This document shows positions 38,101 through 50,855 of a stretch of 64,000 nt of DNA, piece by piece. Position numbers and translations under genes: made by a program. A model generated the notes under the pieces. The model saw only the letters and a program-made list of their open reading frames with translations. It had not been told where the DNA came from and did no database searches. Origin of the DNA: Trichodelitschia bisporula (Eukaryota); NCBI GenBank assembly GCA_010356995.1, contig ML996688.1, positions 496,001 through 560,000 of the forward strand, written 5' to 3'. Position 1 is the first letter of the stretch. Each line of letters starts with the position of its first letter.

Positions 38101-41100
38101 GGTTTCGAGGCATATTATCATTTGCAACGCGCAACGGAAATACATGGAGACCAGCGTTCGCGGCGAGCCTTTTCGCTTGCCGCTAAAGACGGTAAGCTTA
38201 GGCTATGCGCGCATCTCCCCGAGATTGGACATCCTTGCGCATCCCCCCAAGTCACCGTTTGCCCGCTTTTCCCCGTCGCCTCGCGGTGTGCGTGGGTGAG
38301 ACCTGGCCAGATGTATCCCACTTTGCAGACCGGCGCGCTTGTGGAGGGCCAGCAAAGGGCAACGGTGTTGAAAGGGGATGATGTTTGCGCACGGCAGTCT
38401 TCCCATGCAGTCGCTATTCTAACCTCAGCGATCCCCAGCTGCTCACGGCCGGCGATCGTGCCCAACGTCCCGTCTTTTAAAGGTCGCCGACTTCGGCATT
38501 TCCACGTTCATGATGGGTCGGCGGCTAGACGGGGGCTACAGGAACGTCCCGCCAGCGGAACGTCGGTGGGCTGAGGGTTTGGGTTAGGAGTGGAGTCCGT
38601 TGAGGTGGTGCAACGCGGAGGCGGACCCTCGACCCGTTCAGGGTCTGGAGACGGCGAATGCGCATGCCCGCGGCACGACCTCCGGAAGCTTCCCCACTCT
38701 TGTCGGCGGCCCGCTCTCCACGTATCCACGGCCGATGACCGGAGGTTGACTGCGGTTGGCGCCATGATGAATGACGCGTAAGTGAACATGTTTAACCTAT
38801 TCTCGCCGTTTTGGATGGACGTCTATTGTCGCCGCGCTGCCGGCTGGTCTTGGTACGGAGCGACAATGTCGTGTTGCCTGTTGCAACTAAAGCCGAAATT
38901 CGGCCGCCGTTGAATGCTATTATATCACCAGTGCGGCGGTCAAGTAGAAGGCAAAGACGTCGGAACGTCATTTTGGTGTTACACTCTTGTCAGATCTGAG
39001 CCGTAGAACCTAAGATCTGAACTTCAATCCATTGGCGCACCGTGGAACATGTCGCAAGCAGAGCAGGCACGGCAGGCTCTATGGCCATTGGCACCCGCAA
39101 GTCGAGGCCGTGTCAAACGGCCCCACTCCCCACAAGGGACGGATGCCCAGATCGGCCTAACCTTAAATGCGAGTGAGTCCGAGCACAACGCCTCAATCCC
39201 CAGGGCCAGATGAGGGGTCCGCAGCAGCGGTACGCGCGGAATGCTCGAGTCAACCAGGCCCGGAAAGCAGGTCTGCGAGGCTAGGTGGCTCGTTCCATGC
39301 TGCAAGGCTTCCTCACAACAGACAACCCAGCCTACGAGAATGACTCAAGATGCACTGGGCGGACGTTGATGCCGGGCTCGAAACGTTCAAGCTCACTCCC
39401 GAGGTGGGGGGAACATCGGTGCACCGGCTAAGCTTGTGGAGTCCGGCGCTGCACTTGCGGGTTGGAGCGCACCACGCGGGAGGTCGCAAAGCCAAGTGCC
39501 GAAGGAATTTGGGGGGGTTTACGAAGCGAACGAGGCGTGGGCGCCGGATCGTCCATGTCTGGCGCGCTCCAGTCGATCGGGTAATTCAGGAAGGGTGCGA
39601 GGGGTGCCGAGAGGCTGAAGTGCCGGACCCTAGACGCGGGGCGACCATTGGCTTGTTCGCGCAGCGGTTCTCGCGCGCCGCGTTGCGCCTCGACGGGGCC
39701 ATTTGTGCCTGTGTACCCACTCAGGCAGCTGCACTTTATGCAGTCAGGGTCGTAGTGGTTGCCGGCCTTTTTTTTTCCTGCGATGTGCGTACGGAGTAGG
39801 TCCGTTCTTGCCGGGGGCGGGGGAGGTATTACCCTAATTGTTGACGTGGGGAGATGTGCGCACTTGCCGGCGCGAACGCAAGCGCGGGCAGCTGCGTCGC
39901 ATGCTCAAGTACCTGATACAGCCGAAAGCTGTGTGGGAGACGCGCGTACCGCAAAGGGCACGGACGTGGCGTGCCCCACCCTCCCTTAGATGCGCCATGT
40001 TTGGAGCTTAAATCAAGGTTGCACGCCCCTCAGCTCAAGAGACGCGGGGTCGCTCGCTAGCTACGAAGTAGACTAAAGAGGCGCGTGGCGATTGGCATTG
40101 GCGGCATACCGTAGTATGCTACTACGGTACGTTGCGCACGTAGACACAAGAAGTCGGCTTTGCGCTTAACAGGAATGAGCAGAATGACAGCAATTCCAAG
40201 GTAAGTAGGAAGTAGATGGTCCCGTAGTCGGGTATCGGGTGAAAGGAAAGCGTCGGCTGCAGCAAAGTAGTCGTGTATAGCCGCGTACTTTAGCGACAAT
40301 GCTAACTAGAGTGCAGGACATATGAAGCAAGGTGGGCTGAAGGCTGAAGACTTCAAGGGAGAGAGATGCGGAAGACGGTTAGTTATGACGCGCCAAAGGC
40401 GGCTACAAACGGATGTGGGATTTTGGCATGCTGCCCCACCATCGTCATTGACGTGCGCCGTGCGGATGAGGTGCGGCGATGATCTGTTCGCTGCCTTTAT
40501 ACCCGAGGTGGGTTGTGGCGATCAGCGTGCTTTTAGTGGTGAAGATGGTGGATGGTGGCATCTCCGTTCGCATCGTTATGTCCGTCGTCTTTCATCGCAG
40601 TACCCGCACATGCGTCATAGCGTTCCCCATCGGTTGCTCCTGCTCTGGTTGTATGAAGACAAAGCGTAAAGACGGAGGCCAAGGCTGCAGGCTGCACGTT
40701 CAAGCCTTCCATATGCAGGCGCGGGCAACTGAGCAGGGCAGGCACGGACGGACTGGCTGCGCTAGAGAAGGCGTGCGGCCGGTGCTCTCTTGCAGGCAAA
40801 GAGCAGGCAAGACCCCTCCAATGCTCCTTCCGCCGAGGGAAGTGTTTGGTGATGAACCCCCACTCTTCATCCCACTCTCCACCCCTGCTGCATCACGCTA
40901 ACTGGTCCGCTGCTGTGCACGTCCCCCTGGCTCTCTTCTCACTCCCCCTCCCTCGTTCCTTCCCTTCCCCTCCTCCTCTCTCTCTCTCTTTTTCTCTCTC
41001 CCAATCCCAGTCGAAGGCTGCCGCGTCTCTGCTTTTCTCTCCCCTCTGCACTTTCACTCCCTCTACTCTACTCTACTGTATTGCCTCGTCTCCATGTTTA

Positions 41101-41393
41101 ATTAATTTAGTGGTTGAATGGGGATTACGGATGTAGGGATAGGTGGATACACTACTACCAACGCCGGTGAATGAGGGTGTATCTAAACACCAATGGACTA
41201 GCAGCAGGCGTTCGGGTGCCTTTTATTTTGTGGTTGTCGACGAACACATGACTTCACTTCCCTTTGAGCTCCCTGCCTTGAGACATGTGCATAGGAATTG
41301 GAGCTGTTCGAGCCATGAAAGCCCCCGTGCAACACGTCACCGTAGAGCTTTGAGCGTCTAGAGCGTCGAAACCACGAAAGCATTGAGCTTCAT

Positions 41394-41504
41394 TCTTCTT
41401 CTTCTTCTTCTTCTTCTTCTTCTTCTTCTCCTCGAGAGAGAGAGAGAGAGAGAGAAAGCAATTCACTGTTCATTAACTCCATCTCCCTCTCTACTTTCTC
41501 TTCC

Positions 41505-41554
<50 letters not shown>

Positions 41555-41572
41555 TCTCTCTCTCTCCCTCTC
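41394..41572. repeat. Compound microsatellite block (TTC)n - (GA)n - (TC)n upstream of areA
   Basis: About 12 TTC units (41394-41429), a GA run (41434-41456) and a TC run (41508-41572). Confidence 0.9.
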
Positions 41573-41723
41573 TCCACCCACACCCTTCGAAAGTAATCCC
41601 AAGAGGACAATCCCGTCCAAGCGAATGAAATAGCCTTCCCCACCCTACAAGCGCAACGCCGCACACGACACTAGCACCAAATCAAAGCCCCGCCGCTCCG
41701 AGCGAAGCGCGTCCTCAACATCA

Positions 41724-42158
41724 ACCACTACCACCACCACTACCACCACCACTACCACCACTACAGTAACTAGAATATCCCCCGATTCCATCCCGTCCCG
41801 AATTGCCCCTCTATGAGCAACCGCTCCTCCATCTACATTCATATATACACGCAAAGCCTCCGCCCACTCTGCCCTTTTCCTACTTCTTACCCACCTACCC
41901 GCCTTGCGTCTTCCCCGCACCCTACTCATCCGTTTAATCCACCCGGTCCACCAAGTCCTCGACCAGGCCACCACTCGGCACTTCATCCCCACCACCCACA
42001 CCCACAAACCCCGGCGACGCCTCTCAACCTACCCACGCAAACACCCACCACCACCACCACCACCACCACCCACNNNNNNNNNNNNNNNNNNNNNNNNNNN
42101 NNNNNNNNNNNNNNNNNNNNNNNNNNNNNNNNNNNNNNNNNNNNNNNNNNNNNNNNNN
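41724..42158. repeat. (CCA/CTA)n repeats, the second running into an 85-N assembly gap
   Basis: accactaccacc... at 41724-41763; (CCA)n at 42045-42073; N from 42074 to 42158. Confidence 0.85.
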
Positions 42159-42403
42159 CCCAATTTCTCCAATCCTTCCCCTCCCTCTATTTCCCTATAC
42201 ACTTCCCCTTCCCTGTTCGCCTAGTGGTGGGAGAGCGAGAGAGAGAGAAAGAGTGGGCGGCGGCGGAAAAAAAGAAAGCAACGTCGAGACGCCAACCTGC
42301 AATTGTGCCCTTTGACATTTCCCTAACCTGCAGTAAAAAGCAGCCCCGGAAAAAAAGGGCGAAGCGCACGCTCACTGCTGCTGCATTTAGCAGGACCAAC
42401 TAC

Positions 42404-45330
42404 ATGTCTCAGCGCGTCCAACCCCAGACGTTCCCGTTTTCACATCCTGCGTTAATGTCTGCGGCGCACCATGGGGAACGTGGGGGAGGCGGAGGTGGAG
42501 GAGGCGGCGCGACCGGCCATACTGCTCATTTTGCCGACGATCTTGACGTCGCATCCCACGTCTTCTCGAATCTCTCCTCCTTCCCTCCTCATCATACTTC
42601 CGCTTCCGCCGCCTTCCCTTCCCCATCCTCTCCCTCGACCACCTCGACTCAATTCCACCACCCCCGCCACTTCCACGATTACTCCGGCTCCTCGTCCACG
42701 GTTCAGTCGCTCACCTCGTCGAGCACCCAAGACGGCACGCTGGATTTCTCGACGCGGGAAGGCGCGCTGCGCAAGGGCGTGCTGGAGGAGTCCTACTTTC
42801 CCGTATGGAAAGATGGCGCCGGAGGCCTTTCCTTGGACGATCCCGAGGAAATGCAAAGGAACGACCCGCTTGCGACCCAGGTGTGGAAGCTGTACAGTCG
42901 GGCGAAGTCCCAGTTGCCGAACGCGGAGCGTATGGAGAATTTGACCTGGCGGATGATGTCCATGAACTTACGGAGATTAGAACTTGAACGGAAAGGGTTG
43001 GTCGAGACCCTGTTGAAATCGTCATTCGAGTCGATTATAGTGTTTTGACTTGTTGGATGACCGTTGTGCTAACCATTTGGTTCGTGATAGGTCCAAACGA
43101 AAGCCGACCTCCGCTCCGTCCACTGCGCCCAGTGGCATCGCCCAGCTGAGAAAGTCCTCGGGCCAGACCAACAGGATGTCGCAGCCGACCTCTACAGCCA
43201 ATAACGACCCCATGAACCTCGACGACTTTCTCGTGCCGACTTCCATCGGCACCCCCTCCGGCCTCTCGCCGTCGCCGTCTGCGGATCGTCTGGCACCAAC
43301 TGCCACCTCTGCAATCCCCATCCGCAAGCCAAGTCATGCTAGCGACGACATGCACATCGCGCGTGCTTCAGCTCCCGTTGCGCAGCCCGTCATGCGCCGG
43401 GCTGAGGAATTCGGCTACGTTCAACGACACGTGCGCAAGACGAGCATCGACGAAAGAAGGGTGTGTATCTTTTCCGTGAAACCAAGTCTCTTCCTAATGC
43501 GCAGTTCAGCCCCCGAAGCGGCGTGCAGACGCTTCCCCTCAAGTTCCTCCAGTCAACGGGCTGGTCATCCCCAACGAACCCAATGCTGAGGCGAATCTGG
43601 GAAACTATTCGCTCGATCAAGGACAGCAGCACTATTCCCATTCTCATCCTGCGCAGCACAGCCAGGCTCCTTTTTCACTGGACACCTTCAACCTCGAAAG
43701 CGACCCTATCATCAACTCAGCTGGCCCGTTCCAGCAACACTTTGCTTTTTCGCCATCTGCGTCTCCCCATGTCAACTTCAGTGGCCATACTGCCATTTAC
43801 AACGCTTCCTCCATGGCCTCATCGCTGAACTCGACCGACTTCTACTCACCTCCTGGATCCGCATATCCGTCCACCGTTTCGACGCCGCAGCCCATCGCGG
43901 AAGGCGAGCACATGTACTTTGAACGCCACGGAGGACAGCACGCCATCCACGGATTCACGCCGCAGCGCACGACTAACCTGTCGAACTCGATGCAACCGCA
44001 ATACATCTTCAACCCCAACAGTGACCAGATTTTCAGCGCTGTCACCAGTACCGGTCCAGTACCCCACTTTACTGCGTCGAGCTTTCCCCAGTCCCGCGTC
44101 GTCAATCCTTCTCATGTCCTTCACCCCGAATACAGCAATGCGACATGTATCGGCAACCCACCGGCGTCGCAGCACGATGCTGTATTCACATTTGGTGATT
44201 CGGATGAGAACGAGGAGGAAGAGGGTGGTGCCTTCGCGGACCGGACGCTGGTGATGCCTGAGTACCAGTCGCTCGAAGATCCGTCGGTCGACTTGGCTGG
44301 AGGCTTCCAGTGGGAGACGAACCTCTCCAACCAGTTCAACCCTACACCCGCTCGATACCCCGCAGGCCCACCGCGGAAGACCGTGACGATTGGCGGCACG
44401 GAGATGGTGCCTTCTCCACCTGAGTGGGGCGGCGGCAGTCTGGGGCGCGCGCACGGCTCAGCAGCATCAGTGAGTGAGTTGCGCAATCGCAGCGACCCTC
44501 GCCGTCAGAAGATCCCGCGTACGGCGTCAACGCCAAATGCACCGGGGCTCCTTCACGGGATGCATCACCACTCGCATTCATCGCCCAATTCGCCTCCAGA
44601 ATCGGTGTTCAGTTCTGCTGCGCCGTCACGGCCGGCCAGCCCCGGCGGTAGCAAACAAACCGAGCAGAACGGACAGCCAACCACGTGCACCAACTGCTTC
44701 ACCCAGACGACCCCGCTTTGGCGGCGGAATCCCGAAGGCCACCCGTTGTGTAACGCTTGCGGTTTGTTCCTTAAGTTACACGGCGTCGTCCGGCCGCTGT
44801 CGCTGAAGACGGACGTTATCAAGAAACGTAATCGCGGTAGCGGTAGCGTAGCGGCTGTAGGTGCAAGCTCTACACGTTCGTCGAAGAAGCCTTCCCGCAA
44901 GAACTCCATAGTTCAGGCACCTGTCACAACACCGACATCGACGAAATCGGCCAACGAATCGGAATCGCCCAAGTCTGTAACGGGCTCTGTCTCTGCAACG
45001 ACGCCTGGCATGACGGGTGCTGCCGCGGGCAAGGGCAGCGTCGTGCCTATCGCGCCCGGCCCGCCAAAGGCTCCTGGCAGCAGTGGTTCGTCAGCCGGAC
45101 GGGGCGTCACCGTTGCGCCCAAGCGGCCGCAGCGCTCTAGTAGGGGCGGCGTACAAGACCTTGACATGGGCGATGCCGAAGACACAAGCGGGAAGACGCC
45201 AGCGCGAAAGCCGGACGGGAAACAGTCGGCCCTTGGCACGCATCAGGTGTTCCCGGGGGCCATGGGTCAGGGTGTTTCTGGACCAGGTACCGGCCCGCAA
45301 GAGTGGGAGTGGTTGACGATGAGCCTTTGA
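42404..45330 (+). CDS. areA: GATA-type global nitrogen regulator AreA/NIT-2 (~927 aa, 3 exons)
   Basis: Exons 42404-42996, 43091-43460, 43510-45330; introns of 94 and 49 nt. [11 protein letters not shown]...[21 protein letters not shown], zinc finger [50 protein letters not shown], and C-terminal [10 protein letters not shown] second in-frame ATG lies at 42455. Confidence 0.97.
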
Positions 45331-46723
45331 GCTGGATTTTGCATTCTACGGTGCCCTTTCTTCTGGCTCTCTTTTTGGATGACTTGATGCATTATCCGAC
45401 TACCCCGTACATATCCATTAGGCAACGAGCTTCCGCCTGTCGCGTTGCATTTGAATTTGGGCTCTCGCTCCCTCTCGCCAACAGGAGGGCTTATGCCTAG
45501 ATCGCGGATGACCTTTTTGTTCCGAGAGCACGGCGTTTGGAGTTGGTGCAGCAGTCTCTTCCGGCACTCTCGAACTTGCCAGCTTTCGTTTTGGAGGGGA
45601 TACCCGTTGCTAGCAGCAACATAGAAGTGGTTCCACATATCCATTTCGCTTCTTTTTCGTGCGTCTCTTCGACGCTAGATTTGGGATCCGGTCAGTGGAG
45701 GCAGGCGCTCTGACCGGGAGCGTTCTCTTCCCAGCAACACCAGCGCCTAGACGAATAGTGGAGTGGCAGGGCGGGGGGTTGTGAGTAGGCCATGTGCCAG
45801 CTCTTGCGCCTACGCGCCGCTCTGATGGTGTCGGGTGTTGTCGGGTGCGGGACGCGCGGACGGAGGAGGCAGGCGCTCCGTCTCTTTTTGGCGGTGCCGG
45901 CGATATCGGCCAGCCAGGTGCGGGACTCACTTAATGCTCCACTTTTCTCGTGTGCTTGGCCTTGAACGGACGTCGCAATTTCGTTGCTCTTATCTTCCTC
46001 CTTAATAATTCCCTTAGAGCCGCGCGCAGGGCCAAGTGCGAGATTTTGATCCCGTTCAATTTTTTTGGTCTCTAGCTTAATGGGGCAAGTGGGCGGTGCG
46101 TTTGTGCCTTTCTTCGTTTTAGGGTCTGTGATGGGAGGATGGACGAGGTATCTGCGGCAACCGGGAGGGCGGGAACATGAAGTCATGATACTGAATTTGG
46201 GTAGGATGGGGAACTAGGCATGCGTGTCTAGGCTTTGCGCTCTAGAGGAGGGTGTGGCTTTGGGATTTCAGGGATTCTGGGTCCCTTGACTGGGTTCCGA
46301 AATGGATCTGCACTGTATGGGCGGTCAAGGCGTGCGAGGAGTGAGTGGTAACCAGCCGAAGCAAAGGCGTTTTTATGTGAGATGCACTGCTTTCTGCGTG
46401 ACTTTGAACTCGTGCTCTGCCAACATGTCTTGACTTCTTCAGTCTCCATGGATGCCACCCTTGTGAAGGAGAGTCTGGAGTCAGCAAAGTCACGTTCCCT
46501 CATCAACCGGGGCAGGCTGAAACACGGCCTTCCCCGCACGTCCCTTCCTCGTCTGGAGGAACGACGTCATCACTCCGCCATGGGCATATGAACTGAAAGG
46601 CAGCACCTCTGGTTTCCTGAGTACCAACAAACAGCACACGACAAATCATTTCCAACGCCTTGAGACTCTCAGCGCTGTCAAGACTTCACCTTTAGAACAT
46701 CAAGCACCGTCCAAAGCACCAAC

Positions 46724-47120
46724 ATGCCTGTCCTGCCTACCGACAGCTCCCAGAGCAGTATGTTCCGCCCCTGCATCACTCTGAACCCACCCCGATCCCA
46801 CGACGCCTCGTGTCCCAACATGCAGAACATCAACTAACGTTCATCTCTCGAAGACCTCACCGACAAGGTCGCCAAGGAGTCGCCCGAGTCGACCGCCTCT
46901 TCCCACCCGCTGCACCAGGAGGGCCAGGACAAGGAATCTGGTGGGAAGGGCAAGCTCGCAAGTGCGATGGATCATCTGGCACATCCGGTGAGTTTGAGTA
47001 AGGTCTCTTAGAGGTTGGCTGCTGATGATGCTGTAGGGCCCGGCCATCAGTGACAACTTGGGCAAGCCAGCGAGCAAGGAAGAGTTGCACGCGAGGTCAG
47101 AGGAGCTGAACAAGAAGTAG
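46724..47120 (+). CDS. Small hydrophilic protein (83 aa, 3 exons), absent from the ORF track
   Basis: Exons 46724-46757, 46854-46987, 47037-47120. Introns GTATGT...ACTAAC...AAG (96 nt) and GTGAGT...GCTGAT...TAG (49 nt) both preserve frame. Product MPVLPTDSSQSNLTDKVAKESPESTASSHPLHQEGQDKESGGKGKLASAMDHLAHPGPAISDNLGKPASKEELHARSEELNKK. Confidence 0.8.
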
Positions 47121-47669
47121 GGGAGAGTGTGTGATGTAGGAAGCAGTAATGTATGCATGATATTGATGCGTTCTGTGCCGTTCAATGTGATCATTTTCCT
47201 GTTGAGGTGTACATCGGCGACACAAAAGGTTTTACTCGGATGCTGCTGACAGGTCGGCCATGCGGCAGGTACTCTACGCCTACATGATGGAGGTACGTAC
47301 CGCCAACCTTTCGCTAGACATTCATGACTTAGGCGAGGCAACGCGACTGATATTATCGTTAGACAGATGATTTCTCTTCCGAACCAGGATCTTCTCGACC
47401 GGTCCGTTCCTGCAACCAGGAACTGGTCACCCGATCGTCCAGAATAGGCCACGAAGAACCATGGACAACTCTGTCGGATGTGCGGGTACCTGTCCTGTCA
47501 ACTCTTGAGCTTTCCCCTAATGATCACACACTCAAGTCTTCTCTAGAATGGATGAGATCTTCGTCGATGATGTCTAATTTGACGTTGTGATGTAAATGCT
47601 GTACCCGATTACGGCAATACCCATTCGAACCCCGAACGCCTACAGATGAGTGGTATCACATCCAGATTT

Positions 47670-48852
47670 TTACGCCCTGCCACGCTTATTCCAGAATTCG
47701 GCCCATCGCTCCTGGCACGAACTGTCTACCCAGCACCCAGCAAAATGCACCAACAAGTCGCCTTCCTGCCACTTCATATATTCCGGACCGATGGGGTATG
47801 CGTTCGCCACCCGCTGCTTGATGAGCCCCAGGTGGTCTCTAAGCGTCTTGTGGTGCTCGATGAGGTGGAGCTGATAAGTTAGCAGGCGGCTTTTTCATCG
47901 AGCGTTGGACGATTTACCAAAGTTTGTTGCTCCTGACCAAACCAATCCATGCGATAGAAAAATGGATCGACCCACATGTCCAACAGCCACTGAGTGAAGT
48001 GGCTTCTTCGGAGGAAAAAGCTGCCGGCGTTGATTCCGTTCTGGTCTTGCGCAATGAGCAGGTCCAGATTGGCGAGGTCCGGCTCCGTGTCCATGTGCAG
48101 GCCAAGGCGCACACTCTCCAAGCCAAGAAACTGCGCACCGAGATTGAGCGACTGCAGCATCCCCTTCTGTGACAACAGCGAGGAGTGGAGATCCCGCTCC
48201 GGGCTCATGATGATGGCATCGAGGTCGAGGAAGAAGACCCATTGCGCATCGGGGTAGGTATTGAACGCGTCCACGATGGCGGGGATTTTCTTCCACACGG
48301 GGTGCGCGCACTCAATGTCGAACTGCGCGATGTTGACGAAGTGGTAGATGTACCCGTGTCGCGCACAGTACTCCTTGCGATTGTCCGCAGTGTGCTCCAT
48401 TATGTTCGCGATTCCGCCATTGTGACCTCCGCCGTCGCTAGCTGTCAACAGGATTATCTGATCCGGGCGCGGGCCGGCTGGGTCAAAGGTCATGTCTTTG
48501 GGGACCGTGATGGTGATGTTAAGCGCAGGGATCGGGTTCGTCATCGCGGCGGATTCGCACTTGGGCTTCTCCGTCTCCTTCTCCTTTTCTTTCTCCTCTA
48601 TAGGCGGCTCGATGATTGGTGGCGTGTGTTGCGTTTCTGTAGGCTCGTCTGCAATCATACCCCAATCCTTCCATTTTGGCGAGGATTGTGCTCCCTGCGC
48701 AGGGCTGCCGGAGTATCGATAGAGCTGGATGGTGAGAAGAAGGGTGAGCGCCGTCGCGAGCGCGATGAGGTTGCTGAGGATGGTTAGCGCAGGAATTTCA
48801 CGCGCGCTTGGAATGCGACTTGCTTCCTCGTCAAACGGCCAAGCAACATCAT
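47670..48852 (-). CDS. Glycosyltransferase family 34 (Mnn10/Gma12-like type II Golgi protein, ~361 aa, 3 exons)
   Basis: Exons 48852-48824, 48773-47918, 47870-47670. N-terminal signal anchor; NRKEYCARHGY, WKKIP, WVFFLDLDAII (DxD), QDQNGINAGSFFLR, EQ, GDLLVHFAGC. Confidence 0.92.
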
Positions 48853-50138
48853 GAACGATGATCAGTATGCGCAATCCGCCGCTAGTGCGGAAGAAAGAGG
48901 TGGGGGGGAGAAGGAAGAGTTGCTTGGGTGGGTGAAAGAATGAGTTATTCGCGGTTTCCCGGTCGCACTCGAGGTAGTCGAGGGCGCAACGCGGGTTCGC
49001 AAGCGCTGGTTGCCGGAGGAAATACAAACATCTCCTTGCACAACATATGTAACTCGAGGGGCGTTTGGGTAGTGTCAGCGCCCACGCGATCTCATTTGTA
49101 GGGATAAGGCTATCCCACCGACTTACTTACATCATCCCGTTCTGGCTGGGCCCCTGATGCGACCTCACCAATCAGGGGTTGCCACCACCTGGTGTGCAGA
49201 GACAACGGCGGTCTGTGATACGCGAAAGTTTTCTTTGACCATCTGTACCCTTCCCAAGTAACGTAAGGAGACGCTGATTTCATTGGTGACTCTGTCGGAA
49301 TGAAGGAACCAAGTGCTTCGAACTGCCTAATTCGAGGGGCTGTGCAGAGCCTTCAGTGCTGTCACCCGTCTGACTAGCCTCCCTGCTCCGCGCGCAACTC
49401 TCTCCAAAAAACTGTTTTGTCGATCAGCTGCGTCTAAATTTGGTGTTACGGCTACGCCGGTGCTGCTGTCGCTATCCAGGCTCATTCTCGTGCACATATG
49501 CACCACGTACGCAGATGCTGCGCACGTAGAACATGCTCTCGATGAACGCTCGTACTTGCTGATTATGCTCTTGCTGGCTGATCGTAATTACCACAGTTTC
49601 TTGGATCAATAAATGCACTCGGTTTGGCTTGGAAGCCACAGGCGGCACAGTGATTGGGGGCTGCGCAGGCATCCCGCACCATCTCTTGGTGGGGGTGAGA
49701 ATGTTCGTATGCACCCAGCCGAGATAGAGTACTTAGGTATGGCACAGTGCTCGCATTGCATTCGGTAATCTTAATCTTGAGCAGTCTGAGATTTTGGACG
49801 AAGGCTGCTAGTTCTAGAGCATGTTGTGTTTAAGCGTGTTGTGCTGATGCATGTTGTCCGGAGGTGATGTGGATAGTAATCGCCGGTTGAGTGTCGCTCT
49901 GGTTCCGGCACATCCGTCATATAGAGGCCTCTAGCAGCTGCGAATTCATACGAGGAGGCAAAGATGAGCTCAGAGGTGGAGGTTCAGATGACATGAAGTT
50001 CCCCGCAGGAAGGTGGTGGTGACGGAAAGAGGCTAGCGCAGTTTAGCGAAGCCTTGGCTCCCACACCCAAATTGGTGACAACAACTCCGACTCACGAACA
50101 CCGCAACACCACTGTCGACAACCCACCCCACCGCCACC

Positions 50139-50855
50139 ATGAGGACCTACGACGACACCTTCAGCGGGCAGAAGATCTACCCTGGCAAGGTATACCGTTC
50201 CCACTCTCGCTGAATATAGCCGCTGTCGAGCGCGGCGCTGGCAAATATTGGCACACAATGCTAACGTCACCGCGCAACCACAGGGCAAGCTGTACGTCCG
50301 TGGGGACAGCAAGATCTTCCGCTTCCAGAATGGCAAGACCGAGAGCTTGTTTCTCCAGCGCAAAAACCCGCGTCGCATTGCCTGGACGACGCTGTACCGG
50401 CGGCAGCACAAGAAGGGTCTGACGGAGGTTAGTGTCATCATTTCCATCCTGCGGAGCATCTATCTAGCGGAATGACTGCTGCCGGCTCTTCATAACAAGT
50501 CCCGGCATCACCGCCTCCGCGTGCCGCAATGCAATGCCATATCCGACCACCTCTGACAACCACGCAGGAAGTCGCCAAGAAGCGTACGCGCCGCACTGTC
50601 AAGCACCAGCGCGCCATCGTCGGTGCATCCCTCGACGTCATTAAGGAGCGCCGCTCCATGCGCCCCGAGGCTCGCGCCGCCGCTCGCCAGGCTGCCATCA
50701 AGGAGTCCAAGGACAAGAAGGCCGCTCTCGAGAGCAAGAAGAAGGCGGAGAAGGCTAAGACGGCATCGTCGGCTGCCAAGGGCCAGGCTCAGCGGATTCA
50801 GAGCAAGCAGGGTGCGAAGGGTGCGGCGCCGAAGGTGCAAGCGCGGACTCGTTAA
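50139..50855 (+). CDS. RPL24: 60S ribosomal protein L24 (eL24; 160 aa, 3 exons)
   Basis: Exons 50139-50189, 50284-50427, 50568-50855; introns of 94 and 140 nt. MRTYDDTFSGQKIYPGK|GKLYVRGDSKIFRFQNGK...NPRRIAWT.LYRRQHKKG. Start context GCCACCATG. Confidence 0.97.

Noticed and set aside
38764..38870. Box C-like ATGATGA followed by an 8-bp hairpin (ATTGTCGC/GCGACAAT)
   Set aside because: No box D at a suitable distance and no recognisable rRNA guide.
38076..39840. Telomerase-RNA template-like words (TGACCCTAA, TTACCCTAA) in the areA upstream region
   Set aside because: None is a full TAACCCTAA template, and I could not identify a pseudoknot or CR4/5 element.
41813..42403. 411-aa ORF as the AreA N-terminus
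   Set aside because: The frame crosses an N gap of estimated length and low-complexity repeats.
47622..47640. GGTTCGAA B-box/T-loop-like motif on the minus strand
   Set aside because: The flanks do not form a T-stem or cloverleaf.
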